Source of the DNA: an uncultured bacterium
GTDB lineage: Bacteria; Krumholzibacteriota; Krumholzibacteriia; JACNKJ01
DNA length: 64,000 nucleotides
Reading direction: 5' to 3'
Assembly: GCA_963695095.1 (NCBI GenBank)
Contig: CAVOFT010000001.1
Location: 992,001-1,056,000 of the forward strand
Position 1 is the first letter of the stretch. The number at the start of each line of letters is the position of its first letter. Both the position numbers and the translations under genes were made by a program. The notes under the pieces are model-generated. The model searched no databases and had not been told where the DNA came from. It worked only from the letters and a program-made list of their open reading frames with translations. Positions 11,714 to 21,164 of this stretch are shown here, in pieces.

Positions 11714-13357
11714 TCAGGAGCCCAGCTCCTGGAGAGCGAGCGGCAAGCCCAGGCGAAAGCAGGCCCCACCCGCCGGGCGGTTTTCCGCGCTCAGGCTGCC
11801 GTGGTGCTCGGCCACGAGATGCCGGCAGATCGCCAGCCCCAGCCCGCTGCCCCCGGACTTCGTCGTGAAGAAGTCCGCGAAGACGCGCTCGAGATCGGCC
11901 GCCGGAATGCCCGGGCCCTCGTCTTCCACCAGCACCTCCACCCAGTCGGGCTCGCTCGCCAGGCGGCAGAGGGTCCGCGCCGTGAGCCGGACGCTGCCGC
12001 GCCGCTCGCTCATGGCCTGGGCCGCATTGACGAGCAGGTTGCCGACCACCTGCTCGAGGGCCTCGGCGTCCCCCAGGACGATCAGCCCGCGCGGATAGTC
12101 GCGCTCCAGGCGCAGGCCCGCCTCCTGGAAGCGCGCGGCGCTGTCCACGGCCGCCGCCGTGAGCACGCGCGCGAGATCGATGGCCTCGCGCCGGCCGCCG
12201 CCGGGCCGCGCGAAGCGCAGCAGGCTGTTCATGCGGCCCTCGGCCTTGTCGATGCCGGCCAGCACGCGCTCCAGGCGCGCGCGCAGGTCCTCGTCGGCAA
12301 GGCCGCCGGCAGCGAGCTTGGCGAGCAGGTTCTCGGTGGTGCCGCGCACGTTGTAGAGCGGGTTCTTGAGCTCATGGGCGAGACGCCCGACCAGGGTGCC
12401 CAGCAGGGCCAGCTTCTCGGCCCGCGCCCGCGCGGCCTGGAGCTGCTCGGCTTCGATGACGCGCGCGGCCTGGGCGGCCACGGTCTCGAGCAACTCGCGA
12501 TCCGCCGCGGCGAAGGGGCCGGTGCCCGCCGTCCGCCGGTCCACGTAGAGCGCGCCGAGGCGCCGCTGGTCGGCGGCCAGCAGCAGCGGCACGCAGACCA
12601 GGCTCTGCACTTGCTGCGAGTGGAGGCTGGCCGCCGCTTCGAAGCGGGGATCGGCCATGGCCGTCTCCAGCGCGACCGGGCGGCCGCTCTCCAGCGCTTC
12701 CCGGAGCACGGTCTGACTCACCTGGCCGATCGCGCCCGCGTCCAGCGGGGGACTGGCCTCGCCGGCCGCCCCCGCCGCCTGCCAGGCGGCCTGGGCTTCG
12801 GGCCGCCAGCGGCCGCTCTCGGCGTCGAAGAGCAGGATGAAGCCGCGCTCGGCGCCGACGGCCTCGCCGGCCAGGCGGATCACGCCGGCGAGGATGGCGT
12901 CGAGATCGTGGCCGCCGGCGAAGAGATCGAGGATGCGCAGGAGCACGCGGTAGTGCCGCTCCTGCACCCCCGGCGTTGCCGGCGCCGACGCCGACTGGGC
13001 GACCGGATGGCTGAGCAGCGTGGCCTCATCGGCGGCGCTCTCGAGGTCGCTGGCGACCACGCGCAGTTCCAGGCGGCCGAGCAGGAGGCGATCGCCGGGT
13101 GCCAGCGGCGCCGCTGCGTCCAGCTTCTCGCCGTTGCGCTGGGTGCCGAAGCGGCTGCCGAGGTCTTCCACCCACCAGCGCTCGCCGTCCCAGACCAGGC
13201 GCGCGTGGCGGCGGCTCACGCTGCGCTCCTCCAGCGGCAGGGCGCAGCCGGCCTCCCGGCCGAGCACGAACTCCTGCCGGGCTCCCGAGCCGCAGGGCCC
13301 GAAGCTGGCAGCGCGCTGCTGGCCGCCGAGCGCGAAATGCAGGACGAGGGGTGTCAT
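11714..13357 (-). CDS. FHA-GAF sensor histidine kinase
   Basis: FHA (LGRE...SVSRRHARL...DLGSRFGT), GAF (AERGFILL, SLVCVPL, LGALYVDRR), H-box LAHELKNPL, HATPase (NAAQA, DEGPGIP, FFTTK, GSGLGL). Confidence 0.93.
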   Translation of the reverse strand: MTPLVLHFALGGQQRAASFGPCGSGARQEFVLGREAGCALPLEERSVSRRHARLVWDGERWWVEDLGSRFGTQRNGEKLDAAAPLAPGDRLLLGRLELRVVASDLESAADEATLLSHPVAQSASAPATPGVQERHYRVLLRILDLFAGGHDLDAILAGVIRLAGEAVGAERGFILLFDAESGRWRPEAQAAWQAAGAAGEASPPLDAGAIGQVSQTVLREALESGRPVALETAMADPRFEAAASLHSQQVQSLVCVPLLLAADQRRLGALYVDRRTAGTGPFAAADRELLETVAAQAARVIEAEQLQAARARAEKLALLGTLVGRLAHELKNPLYNVRGTTENLLAKLAAGGLADEDLRARLERVLAGIDKAEGRMNSLLRFARPGGGRREAIDLARVLTAAAVDSAARFQEAGLRLERDYPRGLIVLGDAEALEQVVGNLLVNAAQAMSERRGSVRLTARTLCRLASEPDWVEVLVEDEGPGIPAADLERVFADFFTTKSGGSGLGLAICRHLVAEHHGSLSAENRPAGGACFRLGLPLALQELGS

Positions 13358-13397
13358 GGCTGTGCAGGATCCTAGGGGCTGGCGGGCGGCCTGTCCA

Positions 13398-13487
13398 GGG
13401 GGCCGCCGCCTGCCCAGCGGCCTCTACCTCGTCCAGTTGCGCGGCGAGCGCGGGGCGGTGAGCGCCAAGGCCCTCCTCCGGCGCTGA
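13398..13487 (+). pseudogene. Orphan 3' fragment of a FlgD-Ig-domain gene
   Basis: Translates GGRRLPSGLYLVQLRGERGAVSAKALLRR*, closely matching the last ~28 aa of three other FlgD-domain proteins in the window; no upstream gene body. Confidence 0.6.
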
Positions 13488-13496
13488 TCCAGCGGC

Positions 13497-13525
13497 TTGC
13501 AAGGCCGCCCGGCGCCCCCTATGCT
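13497..13525 (+). promoter_or_regulatory. Putative sigma70 promoter of the Ser/Thr kinase gene
   Basis: TTGCAA-17nt-TATGCT, then GAGGAG RBS before ATG 13543. Confidence 0.5.
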
Positions 13526-13542
13526 TGGCGCCGAGGAGTGGC

Positions 13543-16500
13543 ATGCCCGAATTCATGGGTCCCTACCAGCTCAAGCGCTTGCTCGGCGAGGGCGGCATGG
13601 GCCAGGTCTACGAGGGCCTGGACCGCCGCAGCGGCGAGCGCGTGGCCGTGAAGCTGCTGCGGGGGGGCGCGCTGGCCATGGCGCGCGAAAAGGAGCTCTT
13701 TGCCCGCGAGGCCCGCGTGGGCATGGAGTTGGCCCATCCGGGTCTCGTGCGCGTCCTGGCCGTCGAGATCCAGGACGGCGTCCAGCCCTACCTGGCCATG
13801 GAATACCTGCCCGGGCCCACGCTCAAGGGCGTGCTCGCGGCGGGGCCGCTGGCGCCGCTCACGGCCCTGGATCTGGCCGGGGCCGTGCTCGAGGCGCTGG
13901 CCTTCGTCCACGAGCGGGGCATCATCCACCGCGACATCAAGTCCGGCAACATCATGCTGGACTTCGAGGGCCGCCCCCGCCTGATGGACTTCGGCCTCAC
14001 GACCTTTTCGGACGAGACGAGCCTGTCCCGCAGCGGCATCGTCTTCGGTTCGCCGCACTACATGTCGCCCGAACAGGGCCTGGGCGAGACGCTCGACGCG
14101 CGCAGCGATCTGTTCTCCCTCTGCATCACGCTCTTCGAGCTGCTCACGGGGCGCCTGCCCTTCCGCGGCGGCACGCCGCTGGCGGTGGTCTACGCGATCC
14201 TGAACGAAGAGCCGCAGCCCCTGCGGCGCCTGCGACCGGAGCTGCCCGAGGAGCTGGAGTGGGTCTTCGCGCGCGGTCTGGCCAAGCGGCGTGAGGACCG
14301 CTACCAGACGGCGGGCGCCCTGGCCGCGGACCTGCGCCAGGTCGAGCGACTGCTGCGCGGCGAGAGCGACGCGGGCGCTCTGCGCCTGGCCGCTGCGCCT
14401 CGGCGGCGCACGGTGGGCGAGGAGCTCTTCCCCCTGCCCCTGGCCGGCCGCGACGGCGAACTGGCCGCGCTGCAGGCGGTTTTTCGCGGCGAGGGCCCGC
14501 CGCTGCACTTCCTCGCCGGCGAGGCGGGCGCGGGCAAGACGCGGCTGGTGCGCGAGGTGCTCAACCGGCTGGGCTCGGCCGCGCCGTCCCTGCTCGTGGG
14601 TCGCACGCAGCCGGGTCGCGAGCACTTCCCCTATCAGCCCTGGCTGGAGGCCCTGCGCCCGGCGCTCGAAGCGCGCGAGCTCACCCACCCCGAGTCCCTG
14701 GCCCGGTTCCTGGGCGAGAGCGGCCAGGCCCGCGCGCGGATGCTGCATCCCTTCCTGGCCGGCGAGGGCGGCGGGCGCCTCGAGAACCGCGAGCAGCTCT
14801 TCGAAGGCCTGCGCAGCCTGCTCGCCGCGCTCTGCGCCGAGGAGCCCTGCGTCATCTGGCTCGAGGACCTGCACCGCAGCGACCAGGCGAGCCTGGACCT
14901 GCTCGCCTTTCTCGCCCGCGGCCGGGCGGGCGAGCTGCCGCCCATGCTGCTCAGCTACCGGCCCGAGGAGCTGCGCGAGGACGAAGGTCTGGCGCCTCTG
15001 CTCCGCGAGTTGAAGCTCGAGGGCCGGGCGGCCGTCCTGGAGCTGAAGCGCCTGGACGCGGCGGCCGTGGCCGAACTGGTGCGGGCCGTGCTGCCGGGCG
15101 TGGCCGATGCCGGGCGCGCGGCCCAGCGCCTGTGGGCGGAGAGCGACGGCAATCCCTTCATCCTGCGCGAACTGCTGCAGTTTCTCGACGGGCGGGCGCG
15201 AGGCCTCGCCGCCGCTCCCGAGGGCCGCACCCTGGCCCCCGGCGCCCTGCCCGCCAGCGTGCTGGACCCGGATCCCGAGCACTGGGAGCTGCCCCTGCCC
15301 GAGCGCATCCTCGATCTCGTGCAGCACCGCCTCGCCGGCCTGGGCCCCGAAGAGCGCGAGTTGCTCGAATTGGCGGCCGTGGAGGGCGAGGCCTTCAGCG
15401 CGGAAGTGCTGGCCGCCGTGCTCGAGCAGCGGCGGCTCTCCGTGCTGCGCCGTCTGCAGGAGCTCGAGCGGCGCACGCGCCTGGTGCAGGCGCGCGAAGG
15501 GCGCTTCCTCTTCGATCATGCCATCGTGCGCCGGGCCCTCTACGACGGTCTGGGCGATGCCCTGCGCCGCGAGTACCACCGCGAGGTGGGCGATTACCTC
15601 GAGCGCAGCGGCGGCGAGCAGGCGGCCAATGCCGCGGCCGTCGCGCGCCACTACGACGGCGCCGGCGAGCCGCGGCGGGCCCTGCCCTTCCATCTCGAGG
15701 CGGGACGCCACGCGCGCGCGCTCTACGCGCCCCGCGAAGCGAGGGGGCATCTGGAGCAGGCCCGCGAGGAGGCCGATCTCTGGTGGCTGGAGGAGCCCGA
15801 GGGCAAGGCCCGCGAGCTGCGCGTGCAGATCCTGCGCGAGCTGGGTCTCCTCGAGCAGACCGCGGGCCGCTACGAGCAGGCCGAGATTCTCTTCAGTGGC
15901 GCCGCCGGACTGCTGATCCCGATGCTCGAGGAGGCAAGCCGGGCCGAACTCGAGCGCCTGCGCGGCGAGTGCCTCTATCACGGCGGGCAGCCGGAGGCCG
16001 CGGCGCGGGCTTTTGCGAGCGCCCTGGCGCACTGCCCGGCCGACGATCGGGCGGAGCACGCCCGCATCCTGCGCAGCCGCGCCTACATCCAGGCCCGGGC
16101 CAACGACTGGGAGGAGGCCCTGGCCTCCTGCCGGGCGGCGCTGCTGCTCAGCGAGGGCGTGCCCGCCGATCGCCTGGCCGTGCGCCACACGATGGGCACC
16201 ATCCACCTGCAGCGCGGCGAGCTGGAGGCGGCCCGTGAAATCTTCGCGGAGGTGATCGCCGAGGCCGGCAGCGACGAACTGCAGTACCTGCGCACCGCGG
16301 CCCTGGCCAATCTCGGCACCGTGCTCTGGCGTCTGGGCGAGGGCGAGGAGGCCATTCGCTGCCTCGAGGAGAGCCTCGGCCTGCGCCGGCAGCTGGGTCT
16401 CGTGATCGAGTACGCGCAGATCCTGATGAACCTGGCCATCATCCGCACGAAGACGGGCGAACTGGACGCAGCGCGCCGCCTGCTGGCCGAGTCCAGCGAA

Positions 16501-17262
16501 TTGAAGGCGCGCATCGGCGATGCGGTGGGCCTGGCCTCGGCCGAGAACAGCCTGGGCAATCTGGAGCTGCGCGCCGGCCATCTGCCGGATGCCCTGCCGC
16601 ACTTCCAGCGCGCGGCCGCGCTTCACCGCAGCGCTCAGAATCGCGCCCGCGCCGCCGTGGCCCTGCACAATCTCGGCGAGTCGCTCGTGGAACTCGGTCA
16701 GCTCGACGACGCCGAGGCTCCGCTCGCCGAGTCGCGCGCCATCCGCGAGGAGCTGGGCCTGGAGGCCGCCCTCAGCTCCAGCCTGCGCGCGGGCGCCAGG
16801 CTGATGGCGGCGCGCGGCGACGCCGAGGCCGCACTGGCCGCCTTCGCGGCGGCGGCGGCCCAGGCCGAGCGGGCGGCGAGCCCCGACGAGGGGCTCAAGG
16901 TGGCCTGCGACCGCCTGGACTTCTTGCTGGACACCGGCGAGGTGGCCGCGGCCGCCGAGCAGCTCGCCGCCCTGCGCCGGGAACGGGAGGTCTGGCCCCC
17001 GCCCGGCCTCGAATTCGAGCTGGCGATGCTCGAGAGCCGCCTGGCGCGCGCACAGGGCGCGGCGCCGGAGCAGGCCTTCGCCGAATTGCTGGCCACGATC
17101 AGCGGGGAGAAAGAGCCATTTCAGCGGCTGCTGCTCCTCGGCGAGCGCCTCAAGGGCGCTCCCGTCGAGGAGGAGCCGCAGCTGGCCGCCGAGCTGGCGG
17201 CCCTGCGCTCCCGACCCGAGTTCGCCTGGCTGGCGGGGACTACTTCATCATCACGAGCTTGA
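13543..17262 (+). CDS. Ser/Thr protein kinase - AAA ATPase (STAND-like) - TPR protein
   Basis: LGEGGMGQVY, VAVKLL, HRDIKSGN, DFGL, GSPHYMSPEQ; then GRDGEL, GEAGAGKTRL, LEDLHRSD, DGNPFILREL; C-terminal TPRs (ANLGTV, NLAII, NSLGNL, HNLGE). Confidence 0.95.
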   Translation: MPEFMGPYQLKRLLGEGGMGQVYEGLDRRSGERVAVKLLRGGALAMAREKELFAREARVGMELAHPGLVRVLAVEIQDGVQPYLAMEYLPGPTLKGVLAAGPLAPLTALDLAGAVLEALAFVHERGIIHRDIKSGNIMLDFEGRPRLMDFGLTTFSDETSLSRSGIVFGSPHYMSPEQGLGETLDARSDLFSLCITLFELLTGRLPFRGGTPLAVVYAILNEEPQPLRRLRPELPEELEWVFARGLAKRREDRYQTAGALAADLRQVERLLRGESDAGALRLAAAPRRRTVGEELFPLPLAGRDGELAALQAVFRGEGPPLHFLAGEAGAGKTRLVREVLNRLGSAAPSLLVGRTQPGREHFPYQPWLEALRPALEARELTHPESLARFLGESGQARARMLHPFLAGEGGGRLENREQLFEGLRSLLAALCAEEPCVIWLEDLHRSDQASLDLLAFLARGRAGELPPMLLSYRPEELREDEGLAPLLRELKLEGRAAVLELKRLDAAAVAELVRAVLPGVADAGRAAQRLWAESDGNPFILRELLQFLDGRARGLAAAPEGRTLAPGALPASVLDPDPEHWELPLPERILDLVQHRLAGLGPEERELLELAAVEGEAFSAEVLAAVLEQRRLSVLRRLQELERRTRLVQAREGRFLFDHAIVRRALYDGLGDALRREYHREVGDYLERSGGEQAANAAAVARHYDGAGEPRRALPFHLEAGRHARALYAPREARGHLEQAREEADLWWLEEPEGKARELRVQILRELGLLEQTAGRYEQAEILFSGAAGLLIPMLEEASRAELERLRGECLYHGGQPEAAARAFASALAHCPADDRAEHARILRSRAYIQARANDWEEALASCRAALLLSEGVPADRLAVRHTMGTIHLQRGELEAAREIFAEVIAEAGSDELQYLRTAALANLGTVLWRLGEGEEAIRCLEESLGLRRQLGLVIEYAQILMNLAIIRTKTGELDAARRLLAESSELKARIGDAVGLASAENSLGNLELRAGHLPDALPHFQRAAALHRSAQNRARAAVALHNLGESLVELGQLDDAEAPLAESRAIREELGLEAALSSSLRAGARLMAARGDAEAALAAFAAAAAQAERAASPDEGLKVACDRLDFLLDTGEVAAAAEQLAALRREREVWPPPGLEFELAMLESRLARAQGAAPEQAFAELLATISGEKEPFQRLLLLGERLKGAPVEEEPQLAAELAALRSRPEFAWLAGTTSSSRA

Positions 17263-18946
17263 CGGCCCGGCTGCCCCGGCCATCGGTCAGACGCAGCAAG
17301 TAGACTCCGCTGGGCAGGCGCTGGCCGCTTTCGTCGCGACCGTCCCACTCCAGGCTGAAGGGCCCGGCGGGCTGATCACCCGCGATGAGCAGACGCTGGC
17401 GGCGACCCTGCAGGTCGTAGACGCCCAGCTCCACGCCGCCGGCCGCTAGCAGCTCGCCGCTGATCCGCGTGCTCGGATTGAAGGGATTGGGCTGCACCCG
17501 CAAGCTGCCGAGGAGCAGGGGCGTCTCGCCGACGCCGGTGGTGAAGCGGGTGATCAGGCAGCCGCCGATGGCGATGTCGTCCACCCAGCCCTCGACGGGC
17601 TCGGCGGCGGGGTGGCCCAGGCCGCGCGCGCGCAGGCGCAGCTCCTCGATCGCCAGCGCGTAGCCGCTGAAGGTGGCCCCGTCCACGAAGTTGCCGAGCT
17701 GATCCTTGATCTCGATGCCGATGAGCGCCGAGGGCGTGTACTGCGAGACCTGCACGCGCCGGATCTCGTTGATGGAGAGGTTCGGGAAGCGCTGATCGAG
17801 AACGAGGTGGCCGTCGTGCAGGAACTTGAAGCGGAGATCGTAGGTCTGGTCGCCGAAGGTGCTGGGAATGGCGAGCACGCGCAGCACATCGAGGCCGCCG
17901 GCCAGCTCGAGCAGCACCATCTCGCTCTGCGCGCCGGGCGCGCTCACCAGGTGGCTGAAGCGGATCGACCAGCTATCGCAGCCGCCGCCCTCGGGCATCA
18001 GCGGCATGGCGAGCACCGCGTCGCAGGTCGCCTCGCCATGGGCGGCGAAGCGGATGGCGTGCAGGATCGGATCCCAGTCCAGCTCATGCGGGGGGCAGAT
18101 GGAGACGGGCTCGAGATCCTCGAGGCCGTCCATGAAGTCCATGATGTCGTCGCCCTCGAAGCCCAGCCACTCGGAGTAGCCGCCCGTGAAGTCCGCGCGG
18201 GCGTAGGGATCGGCGATGGCCTCCATCATGACCGACTGGAAGTGCAGCGGGGCGGGCAGGTAGCGATTCGTGGAGACGGGTCCCGAGCTGCTGTCGCTGA
18301 GGCTGCCGGTGAGGAGACTGATCACGTCCGGGGCCGGAACGAGGAGGTCGCCCCGGGCAGGATCGGGATCGGGCAGGTTGCTGGTGTCCAGGCCGGTCCA
18401 GCCCATCTCGGGGAAGTAGCCGAGGTCGTCCGTCGGCTTGATGCCGACCACGTGGACGTCGACTGCGTAGTCCTCCACCCCGAGCTCGTGGTAGAGGAAG
18501 TCCCTGAGGTCGGGCGGGGCGAGCGCATTGACGATGCCCTGGCCGACCAGCATCAGCTTGCCGCCGAGGGCGCGGTAGTCGCGCAGGAGCATGCGCTCGG
18601 CGATGCTCAGCGGGATGCTGTCCGCGCTGGCGCAGTTCCAGATGACGTAGGGATAGGCGGCCAGGTCTTCGAGCGTCGGCAGGTTGCGCGGACCCTCGTC
18701 CGGCTGGATCTCGAAGACATCGAAGTCGTAGCCGAGGATGTCGAAGACCTCGAAGAAGTAGGTCTCGTAGTGGGGGTCGGCGTCCCCGGGCCCGCGCTCG
18801 ATGGGATCCCAGTCGTCATCGACGAAGGCCACCTTCTTTTCGCGGGCGAGGGCGCCGGGGGCGATGAGCGCGAGCGCGAGAAGCGCGGTGAGGATGAGCG
18901 CGACCGGCAGGCCGAGCGAATGCCGGCCAAGGCGGGGCTGGCGCAT
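17240..18946 (-). CDS. Secreted protein with C-terminal FlgD-Ig/T9SS-like domain
   Basis: Signal peptide MRQPRLGRHSLGLPVALILTALLALALIAPGALA; VDDD...YPYVIWNC...GGKLMLVGQ domain; C-terminus PNPFNPSTRI...YDLQGRR...WDGRDESGQRLPSGVYLLRL. Confidence 0.85.
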   Translation of the reverse strand: MRQPRLGRHSLGLPVALILTALLALALIAPGALAREKKVAFVDDDWDPIERGPGDADPHYETYFFEVFDILGYDFDVFEIQPDEGPRNLPTLEDLAAYPYVIWNCASADSIPLSIAERMLLRDYRALGGKLMLVGQGIVNALAPPDLRDFLYHELGVEDYAVDVHVVGIKPTDDLGYFPEMGWTGLDTSNLPDPDPARGDLLVPAPDVISLLTGSLSDSSSGPVSTNRYLPAPLHFQSVMMEAIADPYARADFTGGYSEWLGFEGDDIMDFMDGLEDLEPVSICPPHELDWDPILHAIRFAAHGEATCDAVLAMPLMPEGGGCDSWSIRFSHLVSAPGAQSEMVLLELAGGLDVLRVLAIPSTFGDQTYDLRFKFLHDGHLVLDQRFPNLSINEIRRVQVSQYTPSALIGIEIKDQLGNFVDGATFSGYALAIEELRLRARGLGHPAAEPVEGWVDDIAIGGCLITRFTTGVGETPLLLGSLRVQPNPFNPSTRISGELLAAGGVELGVYDLQGRRQRLLIAGDQPAGPFSLEWDGRDESGQRLPSGVYLLRLTDGRGSRAVKLVMMK

Positions 18947-18985
18947 GGCGTTCTCCCTGTCTGGCAAGTGATGCAACTATAGCAG

Positions 18986-19015
18986 ATTTTATCATCTGCG
19001 CTCCACCAGCGTCAA
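18986..19015 (-). promoter_or_regulatory. Putative sigma70 promoter
   Basis: Minus strand TTGACG-18nt-TAAAAT with TG extension upstream of ATG 18946. Confidence 0.4.
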
Positions 19016-19124
19016 TGCGGGTCAGTCTGGGAACGGGTCAAGATGAGGGTAGCTGAGCGCCCCGCCGAGTGGATCCGGCTCCCAACGCACAGCCCCTGAG
19101 CGCCTCGGCCCAAGTCGATTTTAC

Positions 19125-19153
19125 TTGACAGTCAAGAGAGTCGTCGCCATTCT
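19125..19153 (+). promoter_or_regulatory. Putative sigma70 promoter with palindrome over the -35 box
   Basis: TTGACA-17nt-CATTCT; CTTGAC-A-GTCAAG perfect inverted repeat at 19124-19136. Confidence 0.4.
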
Positions 19154-19265
19154 CCGTGGTGTCAGCTATGATATCCGCAGGAGCTGCTTGTATCTACCGG
19201 GGGAAGAAGTCCAGGAGGATGCGAATCCTCAGGGGGTGTAGTACACAGGTAGAAGGGAGCTTGCC

Positions 19266-19715
19266 ATGCGATATCGTCCAGTTCTCGTCGGCTTGCTGGC
19301 AATCTCGAGTTTCGCTTTCAGCGCGCCTGCCGCCTGCCTCGCCGATACGTTCCGCTGGATCGCCGGCACCGAGGCGGGGATTCTCGACGAGGTCAGCTAT
19401 ACGAGCGAGACCCAGTTTCAAGTACATGCCAGCCTGATTCCGGATCAGCAGCCGGCTTGGGTTTTCAGCAGCGAACCGCTCCATGAATGCTACGGGGCTC
19501 AGATCCAAGATGCTCAGGTTCTGCAGAGCATCGCGGCCGCGGTCTTTCCCGGATTGGCTACGAAGCCGGATTGGATCATCCTTCTCGTCGAAGGTGAGCA
19601 GGTTCACGTCGAGCTCGATCCCGTGACGCCGTGGGCGTCCTTGTTCGCCCTGTACCGAGACGAAAACCATCCTCCGCAGGAGGTCAGCTTCTCCTATATC
19701 AAGTCGCTCTACTAG
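19266..19715 (+). CDS. Small secreted hypothetical protein with C-terminal SFSYIKSLY tail
   Basis: GAAGGGAG RBS, signal peptide MRYRPVLVGLLAISSFAFSAPAACLA, ends PPQEVSFSYIKSLY. Confidence 0.75.
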   Translation: MRYRPVLVGLLAISSFAFSAPAACLADTFRWIAGTEAGILDEVSYTSETQFQVHASLIPDQQPAWVFSSEPLHECYGAQIQDAQVLQSIAAAVFPGLATKPDWIILLVEGEQVHVELDPVTPWASLFALYRDENHPPQEVSFSYIKSLY

Positions 19716-19859
19716 GCACCACGCTCTCTGGGGGTGGTGGCTGGGCCGCCCCTAGGGGCGAGCGATGCACACGCACTCCTGAGCCCTGTTTCGTGCAGTT
19801 GGGTTTCGGGATCAGCATGGCAGCCGCTGGCGCTCCTGCGGCTGGGGGAGGAGACAGAG

Positions 19860-21164
19860 ATGAACCGGGTAAGCCTCCGAGGTCGACGTCGCGCGAGGCT
19901 GGGTACTCTCCTTTGCGTGACCCTGGTAGTTGCGCTAGGCCCGAGCAAGGCGGTCGGCGCGCGGTTGTTGGACAAGGTAGCGCCCTACCGAGACGATGCG
20001 GCCGCCTACTACAAGCTCCTAGATGCGGAGCTGGCTTCGGGGAACTGGAGCGAAGCGCAACTCGTCGAGGCCTTCGAGGAGACGCGGGATTACATCGACA
20101 CCCCTGAGCTGCGACACCTTGCGGCTACCCGGCCCCGGCTGGTGTCACGACTCCTCGAACTGATGCCGACCTACGAAGCCCTGGCTGCGCGCATCGAGGC
20201 GGATTGGGCCGTCAATCACCGGGAGCTGATGTATGACGCGCTGATCGCCTTCCTCAAGGATCGTGGTCCGGAGATCTCCGACGCGGACTTCCAACAGGCG
20301 TTTTCGCGGCTGTACGAGGCAAGTGTCCAGGACTTCGGCCGGCATTGGGAGGAAGATGCAGCGCTCGCTATGGAGGCAGGTGCGAATACTCTGTGGGGCG
20401 TGCAGCGCATGCCGGCATTGGGGCACAAGTTGGACCAAGTTACTCGTGACCGGGTCTACACACTGGTGCTCGATAATTGGGGGCGCATCAGGAGCATTCA
20501 TGTCCGCACCACAGTCGCCAGGTGTCTTCGGAAGCTGAACCGAGGGCGCGCAGTCGAGGACTTTACAGCGATGCTCTTGGCTCCAGATTGGAAGGCGATG
20601 ACTGCAGGAGCTACGAATCCAATGGTGTCCGCGATCTGCAAGAGCAAGGATGCACTCGCCCGGTATCAGCGGATCGCGCATCATACGCGCGATCCTGAGG
20701 TCTTTCGGTACATTGTCATCGCGCGGGAACACAGAGCGACCTTCTCCGAGCTGAGAATCCTCTTCGATGTGCAGAGCGATCTCTCTCAGATCGAAGGGGT
20801 GCCGTTCCAAGAGCCGAATCTTGACCGCTGCTGGTCTTCGATCGCTGATTCCTTGGCGGTGGACGCAAGCTGTACCATGCGACGGCACTTCAACAAGCTA
20901 GCCATGCGCATGGGCCCTGACAGGGCATTCGAGTTCCTCGTTCAGCACCCAGACCTTCCCTGTCCGGAATTGAAGTCCGCTCTCATCGATGTTGTGATCA
21001 GGAAGGCCCCGACGCGCCCGTTCTCCGGCCTCAAGCCTGGATCCTCCTTAATCGAAAGGAAGGAGGCGCTTGAAGCGATGGGGCTGACCCCTGCTCAAGC
21101 CCGGCTCTTGGAATCATACCTGAAGGCGGTGAATCTCCTGGAGGTGCAACATGAGAAGCCATGA
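19860..21164 (+). CDS. Secreted alpha-helical hypothetical protein
   Basis: GGAGGAG RBS before MNRVSLRGRRRARLGTLLCVTLVVALGPSKAVGA signal peptide; 434-aa ORF, lower-GC codon usage. Confidence 0.7.
   Translation: MNRVSLRGRRRARLGTLLCVTLVVALGPSKAVGARLLDKVAPYRDDAAAYYKLLDAELASGNWSEAQLVEAFEETRDYIDTPELRHLAATRPRLVSRLLELMPTYEALAARIEADWAVNHRELMYDALIAFLKDRGPEISDADFQQAFSRLYEASVQDFGRHWEEDAALAMEAGANTLWGVQRMPALGHKLDQVTRDRVYTLVLDNWGRIRSIHVRTTVARCLRKLNRGRAVEDFTAMLLAPDWKAMTAGATNPMVSAICKSKDALARYQRIAHHTRDPEVFRYIVIAREHRATFSELRILFDVQSDLSQIEGVPFQEPNLDRCWSSIADSLAVDASCTMRRHFNKLAMRMGPDRAFEFLVQHPDLPCPELKSALIDVVIRKAPTRPFSGLKPGSSLIERKEALEAMGLTPAQARLLESYLKAVNLLEVQHEKP

Noticed and set aside
13519..16668. Very long antisense or alternate-frame ORFs (also 59790..62519, 40081..42003, 9818..11695 and others)
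   Set aside because: Shadow ORFs from high-GC codon bias opposite well-supported genes; no recognisable motifs
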